A stretch of DNA of 51,174 nt, the filler included, from Bipalium vagum (lineage: Eukaryota), in the NCBI GenBank assembly GCA_037834085.1. It is 3 parts of 3 records of this genome, joined end to end, with 100 filler letters (N's around TTAATTAATTAA, not from the genome) between each part and the next. Parts side by side here need not be neighbours in the genome. Positions count along the whole stretch, not along the records: positions 16,678 to 32,376 come from JBBMKC010151031.1; positions 32,477 to 51,174 come from JBBMKC010022163.1; 1 more part is not named here. One strand, given 5' to 3'. Positions 25,651 to 38,084 of this stretch are shown here, piece by piece. A program made the position numbers and the translations under genes. The notes beneath the pieces are model-generated. The model was not told the DNA's origin, did no database searches, and was given only the letters and a program-made list of their open reading frames with translations. Positions within the stretch are counted from its first letter, which is position 1. Each line of letters begins with the position of its first letter.

Positions 25651-27659
25651 AATCTCGAACAAATATTCATTTTTCATTAAAAATCACTTTTATTAATAAT
25701 AAATAATGTAGAAGTCATTAATAAATAAATTAATTAAAAATGTTCACTTTAATATAAACATAATAAGGTAAATAAATTTAACAAATATTTAATAAAAAAG
25801 ATTAATTACTTGGATAAAAACATTAAAATCCCATACGAAATAACTTAAACGCATATGACCAAATAATGTCTTGTAAAACAAGTAAAAATAGTCTGTTTCC
25901 ACACTTAAATAGTTAAATAAATATAATCCCCCTTTTGTCAATAAATAAATAATAATCCCATTTCCTTTTGCCATAACAAAATATCAATAATATTAATAAT
26001 AATAATAATAAACTATTAATATCAAATACAAAAAGCTAACCTAATACAATGATAAATTAAATATAATTTAAACCAATTTAATAAAAAAATATAATTTTAT
26101 TAAATATTTTGTTTATTAAACACATCAGATTATAAATAAATAATTCATCCAATAACATCAAAATTAGTAAATGACACGTGGAAAATTAGTATAAATACTG
26201 GACTGACTTATAATTTTTAAATTTATTTAGTTTGTGAATACTAAAAACTAGTTTTATTATAAATTTATGAAAAATAAAACGTAAACAAACTTTTAGAGAA
26301 ATTTACCAGAAATTCAAAAAGATATATGAAGAAAATATATACACAAAAATATACGAAATTAAAAATGTTAAAAATAATTAATCAGCAAAACGTAAATTAT
26401 AAATATCGTTACTGCCTGTTATTCAATTTTAAATTATCTACTTTCTTTTGTGGTTTTTCTACCATTCACGGTCTAGTGACTTATTCATTAATTCGAGTTG
26501 TTAATCTACAATCCTGGCGTAGAACGAAAACTTCATAAATTAACATAAAAATTATTGATCATAAAAGGAATTGTAAAAAATTATAACATAAATGAAAAAT
26601 AGTTTTATTTGTTTATTATTTGTGATCGGACTAAATAGATTAATATGTACACTACTAAAACTTTAACAATTAAAAAGGAGTTAAATCTCACAACTCAAGC
26701 CTTCTAAAATCAAACATTATTTAAAAGACTACTTTTACTTGATTTTATTATATATAATCACATTTTCAATTTTATTTCTACACGTTATACGTATTTCTTT
26801 AAATTCCTTGATCTGGACCATATTGATTTTCAATCACTTAATTTATTTTCAACCCACTGAATAATATTTTAGTTTTTTCTGTATTTCTTTCATAAAATTT
26901 TCCTTAACTAAAATAAAAATGTGACCTAACATTTTTAGCAAGTTTTTCTACTAATTTTATTATTATTTTAAATGAGCTCATTCTAAAGAAAAATAAAAAA
27001 ATAACAGTAAAAAAAAATACTATGAAAAATTTCACATTTTTTTGATTAAACACTTAAATAATAATTTTTTAAAAATAATATCGTTGGATTAGCTAATCTT
27101 AACATATCTGACTTTGCAAAGGAGATTGTTTACAATCAGCCTATATCATTTGATCTGATTGTCAGGAGATAAGCACAAGCAGCCAACAAATTATTTTTAG
27201 TGTTTCCCCTAAACTTTATGATGGAAAACAAAATTCAAGCTGTTTTAGTTTTATAGAATTAATTTCATTCATAAAATATAATAAAAATTAATTCATGTTG
27301 AAATTGGTTCTCAAAATAATATGATCATTTTGATAAATTTTTAATTTTATTTTAATTTATTTAAAGTAATGTTTTTTTACAGGGTGAACAGAAAAAAGTG
27401 ATAACAAATTTAATGTTGTTTTACCACGCTAATTTTAGGTTATTGCTAGGTTAAATTTGAATTATGTTTATTTAATTGATGGTGAATCTGTAAATAATTT
27501 TTCAGAATAATTACTGCAATTTTTATTCATAGGAGTTAAATACACAATGATATTATTCTCATTTAATTGTGTCTAGGTAATTTTTATAGTTTTGATATTC
27601 ACTTATTTAATACTCTTTAACAAAATAAGTGATATATATACAGTATATATATATGTATA

Positions 27660-27990
27660 CAGTACCCTCCAAAGTTTGTTCACTCTGTAAAATTTACAAA
27701 TAATTTACTAATAACATAATTTGTGTTTTAATAACTTAAATGTCAATGTAACATGTTCCTTGCCATTCCAAAGAACAATTGTGGATAGCAGTTCAACAAC
27801 ACTGGTATTCTTTGGATAGAAAATATTTTCAAAATCTCTTGGAATCAATGGCCATACGAGTCAAATCTGTTCTCAATATGAAAGGACATCCAACTAAGTA
27901 TTAGAATGTAATTGTGGTGAATATATATCTTGACTTACATTCGTTTTTTTTTATTTTGATAGGGGGTGAACAAACCTTTGGAGGGTACTG
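27660..27990. mobile_element. Tc1-type MITE or deletion derivative, 331 bp
   Basis: TIRs CAGTACCCTCCAAAG(G)TTTGTTCAC with TA flanks, inserted in a (TA)n tract. Confidence 0.9.
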
Positions 27991-29198
27991 TATATATATA
28001 TATACACATTATTATTATATATACAGTATATTATGAAATTGTTATTAAATTTTATTAAAAATAAAAAATAATTTTTATAAATTCAGTAGGGAACCGACAA
28101 AAGTTCCAATTAATTACCCTAATAAGAATGTCTAGTTTTAGGGCTGATAAAATAATTATTTTTGAAGAGTAAACGATCAGATTAGTTGGATTACTTCTAA
28201 AACATCTTTAAACAGAGCTTTCAAAAAAAAGTCAGTTACACAATAATTGATGAAATTTAAAAAGCATAATTGTTTAGAACTAGAGAATATTAGTTAGTTG
28301 CGATTATTTTTAAGTTGAGAATAGTTTTGATAATTGAAAAAACTGATTTATAGCTACTTATAATTAGGTTATCAGGAGAAACAAAGGATCCACTGTATAA
28401 TTATGTAAGTCCTAATTTTTCTATAAATGATTGTGCTCAGGTTACGAGTGTCTCATAAGTTTCCCTAAGGATTCGAGCGGATTGTTAAGAAACCTGAAAT
28501 GAGTACTGCTAAAATAATGTTGGTATGCCTTTCTCATTGTTATAATTTTTTTATTATTAAAAATGAATGAATTGATTAAAAAGTAATTGGTAATTATTTA
28601 TTTATTTTATTTCTATTAGTTTTCAAGGATTGAAAAATCGCGCAGATTTTGTAAATCGTATTGACAGTTTTTGAACAGTTTTTTATATCATTGTAATAAA
28701 AGATTAAACTTATATATTAAATGGCTGGTGTTGTAACGGACACAACTCTTAATTTAGAGTTAGCCTTCCAAGTTGGTTAATATAAATACTAAAAAATTCA
28801 TTATAAAATAATTTAATTAATTATAATTAAAACATTCATTTTAGTCACCTGGAATAAGGTAAGAAAAAAATTTTAATAACCGAAGAGAAATAATAACAAA
28901 TATTTAAACTATTCCAGTGGAAATATATTTTGTATTTTATTGGAAATAAAAGTACTGTGCAATTTTAAGAAATTAAGTTATACAGATTTCTTAATACTAT
29001 CTATTTGATAACCTAAGGCTGGAGCAGGAGCTCTAATTTCAACATAGACGAGTTATTCTGGACAATAAATATAATATTAATTTAGAATAATTTTCGCTAT
29101 GTGTATATTTATTAACAAATAACAGTGCAAGAATAGAATTATTAAAATACAATTATCTTAAGACCCTTAAAAGAAACAAAGAATTTTTTCATAATTTT

Positions 29199-29365
29199 GG
29201 ACGAATTAAATCTGACAACCCTAAACTCGATCAATTAAATTTCACAACCCCTTCACACAACTAGTTAAATCTCACAACCCTGTTATAAATTCAATTTAAT
29301 CTGACATCCCCGTCACACAACCTGTTGAATCTCACAACACTGGGGTTGTCAGATTTAATTCGTCC
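29199..29365. mobile_element. 167-bp MITE (Merlin- or Mutator-like)
   Basis: Perfect 23-bp TIRs GGACGAATTAAATCTGACAACCC and a near-perfect 8-bp TSD ATAATTTT/GTAATTTT. The interior is four more degenerate copies of the TIR motif. Confidence 0.85.
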
Positions 29366-29624
29366 GTAATTTTTTTATCAAAGACCATAGAAAATATGAA
29401 AGTATGAAATTGTCAAATTACCAGGAATATTCTTAAACAGTTTAAGCTTTTCCAGTCTTCATCTATATGTTTTAACCATTAAAATATTACCTGTTGTAAA
29501 TTTAAATAAATTTCATTATTTATTTATCAAAATAAACATTGTAGACGTAACATTAAAAGAGTAAACATTATGATTTAAATTTTTGCAAATAAATTTTTGT
29601 TCTTCGAAACAATTATTTTTATTT

Positions 29625-30460
29625 TTAGCGTACACAAATTTAATTTTTGTTTGATAAAGTACTGCAAAAGATATTTTTTATCAAGAATAATTTTTTTTAT
29701 TATTATTTTTGGCTCACTCGTATTATTCGTTCTCTGTACAGGAATCCTATGACCGTTTGACCAGGTTATACCACATCATGTTGAATGACACCCTCATGGT
29801 CCGACTAAATGCATAATACAGCAGTGAAAATGTCTCTATTTACAGTTATCAAAATAAATAAAATTTCATCACTCGTTTCAATTTGGTGCAGAAAATCCTA
29901 TCGAGCAATCAAAAATTTCAAAAATTGTTTACTTCTTTCAGAGTATTTCGGCTTGAGTTCATAATGAACACATTCTCTTCTTGCAGATCTTCCCCATGGT
30001 TGTAAACGTCGACTAATTGGTGATCGACAAACATCTAATGATTTTGCATCTTCATGTTGAGTGTGGGATGAACCTTAAAACATCCAGATCTTCATCTTTA
30101 AATCGTTTATTTTGTCAGGACATTCTTTATCTTCCACAGTACAACCTGACTTTCTAAAATGTACAAACCATCTTTTGTGAGTTGCTAACGATAAAACTTT
30201 GTCACTAAGTCTCAAAAAGTATTCTATGAGTTTCGGGAGATAATTTTCTGATATTGAAACGAAGCAGCATCACTTCTCGAAAATGGTGATTCTTCGGTAC
30301 ATATTCCGCCTTCTTAAAGTATGTGAAAAAATATCTTACTGTTAATATAAACATTTTTTACTTAATAATTTTGAAAAATATTCAAGTTACATAGAATCAA
30401 TTAATTCGTTTAAACAAGAAAATTATTTTTTAACAGTTATTTTACGCACACGTCTAATAA
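29625..30460 (-). mobile_element. Mos1/mauritiana-like mariner, internally deleted and decayed
   Basis: YVPKNHHFREV..ETHRILF..KRWFVHFR..VEDKE and DFLHQIETSDE, with degenerate TIR-like ends. Confidence 0.8.
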
Positions 30461-32376
30461 ATAAACACATTAAACAAAGGAATCGTGATAATTAAATTAT
30501 ATAAGTAATATACATATATGTAAATAGATTGGAGAATAACCACTCTCAAGTCATTCACTAAAATTTCAATATTTTTTATTTCCTGCTTACATAAACATTT
30601 TTTCTTCATTACAATCAATTTATTATTAAATTCTTGATATATCCATAATTGCTCTTCTGATATTTTACAAAAAAGAATTTCGGTTCTGGATTAGTTTTTC
30701 TAGAATAATCAATGATTTCCTTAATAAAACAAGAATGCATTAAAAGAAGATCAATGATTAGGAAGCTTTACAAATAAGTCAAAAATACTTCATTTTTGAA
30801 ATATGAGTTAATTCTCACTTCGTCTCCCATACATGCAGCCATTATACTTCAACTTTAATGGAAAGTCGTGAGATATAATAAAATAAAAATTAAAAAAGAA
30901 AAGAAAAATCTACACCGTGACAAAAAATCAATATTTTGATTAAATTAATTAATTCTTTTCTTGAAGATATTATATTCATTGCTGGATATACTTAAGAGTC
31001 GGAATAAAGAAGGAGAATATTCTTTTATCTTACGGGATAATAGTTTAATTGAAAATATAAATATTTTATTTCCGTTTATTTTAATTATTAATGAAAATTA
31101 GAAAATATCAATGAAATTTGATATTAGAAATTTGGTATGAATTATTAAAGCTTAAAAGTGATCATAAATTTTTATAAGAAAATTTTTATTAGAAACGTGT
31201 CATCTGGTATATGCTCAGCATAATGTCGAGTTATTATAATTTTAATTATTATATTATATTTTTGTAGTATCACATTATTTTTATGATATATTATTATTGT
31301 ATTTTAATTATTTTATTATTACCATTATTTATGTTTTTATATTCTATCCTTTTTTTAAATTTTTATTTTAATAATTATTACTATACAATCGATTTTCTGT
31401 GACTAATAGTAGGATATTCACTTAATATATTTGTTTTATAATCAATTTAACTATAATCATAATTGGTATGTCATATATAAATGAAAATTTCCTAATCATT
31501 CTAACATCAATATCAATAATATAGACGAGCGTCTAATAACAAGAAATATCTTAAATATTTAATAAATAAATAATCACGTTCTTGGTAATTTTTTTTAATA
31601 TTTAAATGGGGTATCAAAATTCCATTTGTATATCCATTTTGTATAGACATTTTAGTGATAATTAAAGTAATCTCCATTTCAACTTTCTTTCAACTTGAGA
31701 ATCTAAAGATAATAATTAATTATAATTATTAGTCCATTTTATTAAAGATTGGAGAGTTAGTTTAAAATTTATTGTGAAGTTTCATTTAACAATTTGCAAT
31801 ATTATGATCAACTCAAATTTCCTTTTCTCACTTATTTATTTCTCATTTTATATTTCTATTTATTATATTAAAATTATTCATTGGGAAAACTTCTGTTAAC
31901 AGAGTTTTAACAAATATTTATAATCAATAAAAGAGAGTAATACAAGGTTTATCCATTATTTACATTTGATGTGAAAGAAAATTGTATAGATTTATAAAAA
32001 ATTATATGGATTATTGTGATGTTGATAATAATTATTTCGTCAAAGTTGTTCATTTTTATAAGTTGTAAATAGTTTTGTAATGAATTCGAAATCAAGGGAC
32101 AATCATTATATTACATTATTATTATAAATTCATTGCCTAAATTTTCCAGATTAAGTGAAGAAGATTTGTAAAAGATTTAATAATTACACAAATCATTTAT
32201 AAAATAAATCATTATATTTAAAAATATTTGTAAACTATAAATAGTTCGGTAATGCATTTGTTACATCGAAGAAAAATTTGATGAATTTATCAACTCAATG
32301 TGAAATATTTATAACGATCTATATTATTGATACGTATATATATTATTGATATATAAATTTATTCGACTGAATTATA

Positions 32377-32476
32377 NNNNNNNNNNNNNNNNNNNNNNNN
32401 NNNNNNNNNNNNNNNNNNNNTTAATTAATTAANNNNNNNNNNNNNNNNNNNNNNNNNNNNNNNNNNNNNNNNNNNN
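32377..32476. other. Artificial contig-joining linker
   Basis: 44 N + TTAATTAATTAA + 44 N. Confidence 0.97.
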
Positions 32477-32502
32477 AATAATAATAATAATAATAATAAT
32501 AA

Positions 32503-32546
<44 letters not shown>
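32477..32546. repeat. (AAT)n microsatellite at contig start
   Basis: Seen directly. Confidence 0.95.
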
Positions 32547-33108
32547 GTGTTAGTCATAATAATAATGACGATATGTTCACAAATGCTCGAAGCTTATCTC
32601 CGAAGGATTCCTATGTTCATTCTGAGCATTTTCTAAGGCGGATTGAGAAGGAGGAATGGGCATAATGGAACCCAAAGGAACAGGTCCCAGCTGCAATCAA
32701 GGTCGCTCTTTTCCCATAACGTCGGCGACAATCTTTAGGTTCTTTAATCCTTTCTAATCTCCTTCAGAGCCTTCCGATGAGATATTTTGTTTTGATCCAC
32801 TTTTTCCCAGCAGTACTAAAGTTTGTTCTGCAGTAAAACAGGACATCTTGCCTTGTGGCCTAATAAAAGAATCTATGATCCCTTTGAATTCCAAAGAAGT
32901 GAGCTGATATCAATAGGTCACAGCCGGTAGGTATCCAAGGAAGACAGTTTTCAGCAAGAGAGTGTCAGAGGTTCAAAACAACCTCCCCGAAATAGTCCAA
33001 ACAAGATGTTCTCCAATCAGTACGACCTTAGCCTTCCTCTGATTTGGTTGGTCAACGGTGTGAATAAAAATATCTCCCGTGTCCTCATCCAAGAAAAACC
33101 ATTCGTCA

Positions 33109-33933
33109 ATGTCGATGGTTATTTTGCTTTGCATTTCGATTTTCTGTTTCAGTCAAAGCGTGGAACCGAATTCCGAACTTTATTCCGAGTGTTTACAAAG
33201 GGCCCAAAGCAGTCAGAGAAAATATTTTGTCATGTCAAATGGTTCATGCTACGTACCCTTTGCAAGTTCTTCAAAATCCACTGCTAAAATATTGGACAAG
33301 AAACCAAAGGAGAGTTCGAGTAAGTTTATTTTATATCGAATCGTCTCGGGCAGTCAGGTGGATCCATTCTACTACTTCAAGACCCCCGGCAACGAACAAG
33401 CCTCTGCAATTGACCCTGGAGATGGGAAATCTGAAAATTTCCGAAGTTTACTTTTGGACGAGTGGGAGAACGTCCGGCCGATTCTCATCACAGTTATCGT
33501 AAGAGGTGACAGTGATGAGGTAATTGCAGAACTAATGTTTCACGTCCAAAGGAACGACACGGCGACATCCTGGTTCAGCAGAGATAATTTGATTTATTCC
33601 AGTCTGTGGAATCTTTGCAATATGTTGTCGAAGACCTTTGCATTCTTTGGTATCAACGGAGAAATACTGAACCCGTCAAGATCCTTTTATATGAGCACTG
33701 CAAGCAATCCGGGCTGCAAGGAGGACTTGGGAATATTGTTCATTGCAACGCCTCAAGACAAATGTGGCTATGGCAAGATCGGATTCCAGGCCGGCGGGTC
33801 AAAACGATTCAAGAACCCTCAGGTTCTCTACATTCGCTTTCCAAATGGAGGAAGTTGGATAAAGAGCAGGAGTACAGCCAAGTCTCTGGAACTGGCTGGA
33901 ACATATAACTCGTGCGTGGTCGTCTATTTCTGA
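33109..33933 (+). CDS. Secreted Cys-containing protein (274 aa, intronless) with an uncharacterised invertebrate extracellular domain
   Basis: Signal peptide MSMVILLCISIFCFSQS. The motif run FRS.LLD.W / SWFS..NL..SS.W / F.I.G / R.F / GC..D.G.L.I / C / P.VLY recalls an unnamed domain of mollusc, annelid and flatworm proteins (from memory). AATAAA near 34030. Confidence 0.8.
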   Translation: MSMVILLCISIFCFSQSVEPNSELYSECLQRAQSSQRKYFVMSNGSCYVPFASSSKSTAKILDKKPKESSSKFILYRIVSGSQVDPFYYFKTPGNEQASAIDPGDGKSENFRSLLLDEWENVRPILITVIVRGDSDEVIAELMFHVQRNDTATSWFSRDNLIYSSLWNLCNMLSKTFAFFGINGEILNPSRSFYMSTASNPGCKEDLGILFIATPQDKCGYGKIGFQAGGSKRFKNPQVLYIRFPNGGSWIKSRSTAKSLELAGTYNSCVVVYF

Positions 33934-35324
33934 GCATCCTTTGCTTCAGTGCTTCGGAGACTGACGTTAATTCCTTCTGGGTTCCACTCACTTTAATGTC
34001 TTGTCTCACTGTTGTCATACTTGCGCCCTAATAAAAAATTGTTCGGAATGATTTGGTGTTTTCATTTTAGACCTTTTACGTCCTCCTTCCCGTCCCCACC
34101 TTTTTTGTGAAGAGGAAATATTTGAAATGTTTCAGGTCCGACAAAATTTCATTATTGATTGATAAAGGTTTAAAATAAGGAGGAATGGAAAAGGAGGAAA
34201 AACCTTTTAGCACAGAAAAGTGATTGGGGGAACTAAGGAGAAAAGAATTGTTTGTTTAAACGAATTCAAATTGTCTCTCTTTATTTTTGGGAAATAGCGC
34301 TACTCCGAAGGTCTTTGGCCCAAAAGAATTCCTCCTCCAATACACTTGTGAATGTTCGAAGGACGTGCTCCCTTAAAGGAAAGCGTAAATTGCAACCATC
34401 GATTTCAGCAATGGCCAAAAGAGGAAAGATTTAAATTTAAGAGAGTAAAAGTTGAACCATTGATCCACACGAGTGGTGAGTCCCACAAACGTACCGTTCT
34501 CCTTCCTGCCTCCACCTCTACAATAAAAGAACATGATCTAATAATACGTCCCTGACGTTCATCGCACCCTTTCTCTGATACAAAAGTCCCTTTGCCAGAG
34601 AGAACAAAGCGAGCCCGATACTGTTACGGTAGGGGAGGCAGAGCTGTTGGGGCAAAGTTTCACCAACTCTCTCGTCAAAAGTCGTTACTGTACAGGGAGA
34701 AACGAAACGAGGTTCACCCAACCTCGTGGTCCTTTCTCAGTCCGCAGAGAAGTGATTGACAGCTTTCCCAGCTGAAGTATGAACGCCTTTGCCATTGTCC
34801 TCACCCATCTGGTAACGCTCAGCCAAATTTGGCATTCATACGCAGGAGATACAATGCACTGTGGAGAGGGGACACTCCTCTGGTCTCTGCAAGGTAAGGT
34901 GGCAATGAGAACAAAAGAAAGCAGGAGTCCCTGTGTTGCTTGGATGAAAAGTGAAAATGACTCTCGTGCCAGGCGATTTTTCAACGATAAAACCATTTTG
35001 GAAATAAATGCGACCCTTCGCGGCCATTTTCTCGGCATTTGGACAAAAAGTCTTTGAGGACCGTTTGGAATTCGCAAAGGAAGGAGGGCCGAGGCAATTG
35101 AAAGAGGAAATTATGAAAAAAGAAAACTCCAGGGACTTCTCGATGTTATTTCTGTGCGAGTTCGGGGATTTCTTATCTTAGCACAGAACTGGTGGAAGAG
35201 GACTTCGTCATTGATTATTGACGAATTGCCAGTCACCGAAACGGGACTGAATTCGGTGTGGCCCCGTTTTGTTTAAACGGACAAATTTAATCATTTTAAA
35301 ACAAATTAGCTCTCCTTTCACCAC

Positions 35325-35470
35325 GTCAAGGGAGCTATTAGCTTTGGTAGGGATCAGTCCTCCTGATGAGGACCGCTGGTATTCATTGTTGAGGACGTTG
35401 TGTCGTCCACCGTGAACCCAATATCGATTTCATTAACTTCAGAAAGTTACTCATGTCCTTGGAAATCCAC
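35325..35470. repeat. Diverged duplicate of 39578-39722
   Basis: Collinear shared blocks GTCAAGGGAGCTAT, ATTGTTGA(G/A)GACG.TGTGTCGTCC, GATTTCATT and TACTCATG. Confidence 0.8.
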
Positions 35471-37593
35471 CATTAATTGTTATCCCTGTTACAATCAATA
35501 ACACAGATCTTTGAAAAAAGCTCCATTTAATGTGACGATGTCCAGGTCAAAGTGGTACTGGGAGCAAGACGGCGAAAAGCCGGGAAACGGATCGAACTGA
35601 GAATACGAAAGATCCAAATCCGTGTACAGTAAAGATAACTTGTGTCCGAAGATGAGTGACACTTTAAAATGTTTAACGCCGCTGAGATGAGAGATTACAC
35701 CACCGAGACAATTGAACCTCAAAAGAAGGGAAAGAAGTAGAGAAATCCATTAAAACAACGAATGAAAACTTTGACCATAGAATTGGTGAATCCGATCTCG
35801 GTCCTGATCAACCGAGAGTTTCCTGATGTTAGAACGAAAGACTCATAAAAAATAATACCCAAAGCGCTCTGTGCACCAAGAGGTTGGGAAAAGCTGACCA
35901 ATCCGTAATGGTGACATTGTGTGATCGAAACTAGCAACATTCTTAATAGCAACCAAGAGACAACAAAGCAGCAAAAGGACGATATGGACCTTTGCAGACC
36001 AATCTTATCGTGAATAGAACACTTTTCCAAATATTTTATCAGTGATCAGTTTACGAAAATGCTTTGGAAATTGTGCTTGTAATCGCCAGAAGAGTTGCTG
36101 TGCAACATTACGACTTAATGCTTCTTTCCGTAGCTGTGACTTAAAGTATAGGAAACCAATGTTCCGCCTATTTTAATATTACTTATTCTAATTATTAAAT
36201 TTTGAAAATAAAAGCAAAAATATTTGTTTAAGAGCGACCACTGATTTTTAATGAGCAGCACGTCTGCAGCTTAGACTGCAACAAATGTATTTTCAGGTGA
36301 TTTAGGAACAAAGCTATCTTAGCAATATTGATCTTAGGGAAGAACGTCATACTTGAGAGCTCATCTGTCCATTCAGAGAGGTTAAATCATATTCAAACGA
36401 CCTACGTAAGCCAGGCCTCACCAACTCTGCCAAGAATATTAACAATTTCTTGAAAGATATCAAAAGGCCGTTGTCACCTTCCAGCCAGAGAATAGTCCTC
36501 TGAATGTGAATGCAAGCAAGAAATTAAGGATGTCAGACGAAGTCGAGACTTTAGGAAATCACATCAGATGAAGGAACGACAGACATTCCCTATGCCCAAT
36601 ATATTACTGTTAAATAATGCGGACTGTTTGAACGCATTTCAGTGATATAAGATAAAATCGATTTTATTGATTATATATCATATTTGTTTTAATCTGTATT
36701 GTTTACCGGGTTAATCAGTTAAATGTTACTAATATTTATTCCTAGACTTAAGTATAACAAAATGTATTCCTGGAAAGAGCTTTTTTATTTAAAGCATCGA
36801 AGACCCTTTCATGATTGGGAAGTCAAGAAAGGTTGAAAAGGTACATAAATTGCAATTTATTGAAAATGGATTACGACAAAGACACCTGGGCCTTCACTTT
36901 CCACGCCCTCGAAGTTGAAGGCCTTCCGACTCGGCTTTAGTTTATAAATATCAGACACTTTAGCTAGAGAAGGACTTAGTAATCCTCAGAAAATGAGTCT
37001 CTCCTCCTTTTGTGATTATGTATTATTACCACAGTTCTTCTAACGACGTGCCAAAGCTTCGTTGCTCCTTTTCAGTCCAGCAGTTTCGATAATTTAAGGA
37101 AATAAAAACATAAAAATATAAATGAAATAAAAAATAATGAAATTCCCTCTTCGCTTTTTGTAGGGAAAGTTGCCCATTTTCTCCGAGGATGTATTGTTTC
37201 CCGAGCCGAGAGGAGGAAGGGCGCACGAGAATGGAGCTCCACCTCTCGGAATTTTTAACTTTCTCCTTGCCAAGTGAGATTAAACAATGAAACTGGAAAC
37301 AATGCAAATAAACAAAGCTTCTTTCAGTTTCCATTCCGGGGCCTTCTTCTGTGCATCCACTGAAAGCAAGCTTTGATAAAAAATACTTTCTCTTGAAAGA
37401 ACTCAAGAGCGTTTTATAGTAAATTAAGTGAATGATTTTGTTGCTTTAGAAAGAGGCTACAGTGATTACAGAAGGAATACTGGTCACGCAGCTCCAAACG
37501 TTGGTTTGAAAAGAAGTAAAACTAATGGGGATTCTTCTCTTTCTTTTTCATTTTATAACTTGCAATGTTAAATAGAAAAATTAAAAGGGATAT

Positions 37594-38084
37594 TCTTTCG
37601 AGGTTTGCGAGAGACTAATAAATACATGTTACATCATTTAAAGGGTTACATGGTTACATTTTGAGATTACCTGGAACATGATAAATATTCGGAAACCACT
37701 GCGAAAACATTGTGGAGGGAACATTGCAAAACAATAGCAGGAGGAAACAGTATTGTTCAACTACCTGAGAATTATATTCTTACAAATGCATGATACCCAT
37801 CTTTCCCTCATGTCTTTTGTTACAGCCGAAACAAATGAGGTGCTTCCCTTGGCTGTTCACAGCTAGGGGAAATGGTGGTAATGTAGTCAGAAGAATCTGA
37901 ATGACAGTTTCAGGAGCACTGGTGAAAAGATTATTGTTTCGCCTTCCTGGTATAATTTTCTGTAAATAATATGATAAATGTAAAAAGATAATCTCTCGAG
38001 GTTCGCGAGAGTTTTATAAATATATTTACATCACTGAAAGGATTACATGGTTACATTGTGATATTACTTGCAACATGATATAAA
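37594..38084. repeat. Pair of ~92-bp diverged direct repeats (37594-37685 and 37992-38084)
   Basis: TCGAGGTT.GCGAGAG...TTACATCA...TTACATGGTTACATT...AACATGATA in both copies. Confidence 0.8.

Noticed and set aside
27380-27412. TA|CAGGGTG.. terminus of another Tc1/mariner element
   Set aside because: No matching second TIR was found.
28368-29100. Stop-codon reassignment (TAA/TAG read as Gln)
   Set aside because: The intact genes have no internal stops, the transporter ends in TAA, and TGA stops and frameshifts also occur in the decayed segments.
29199-29365. CRISPR-like repeat-spacer array
   Set aside because: Eukaryotic context, short degenerate units, terminal inversion and TSD indicate a MITE; no cas genes.
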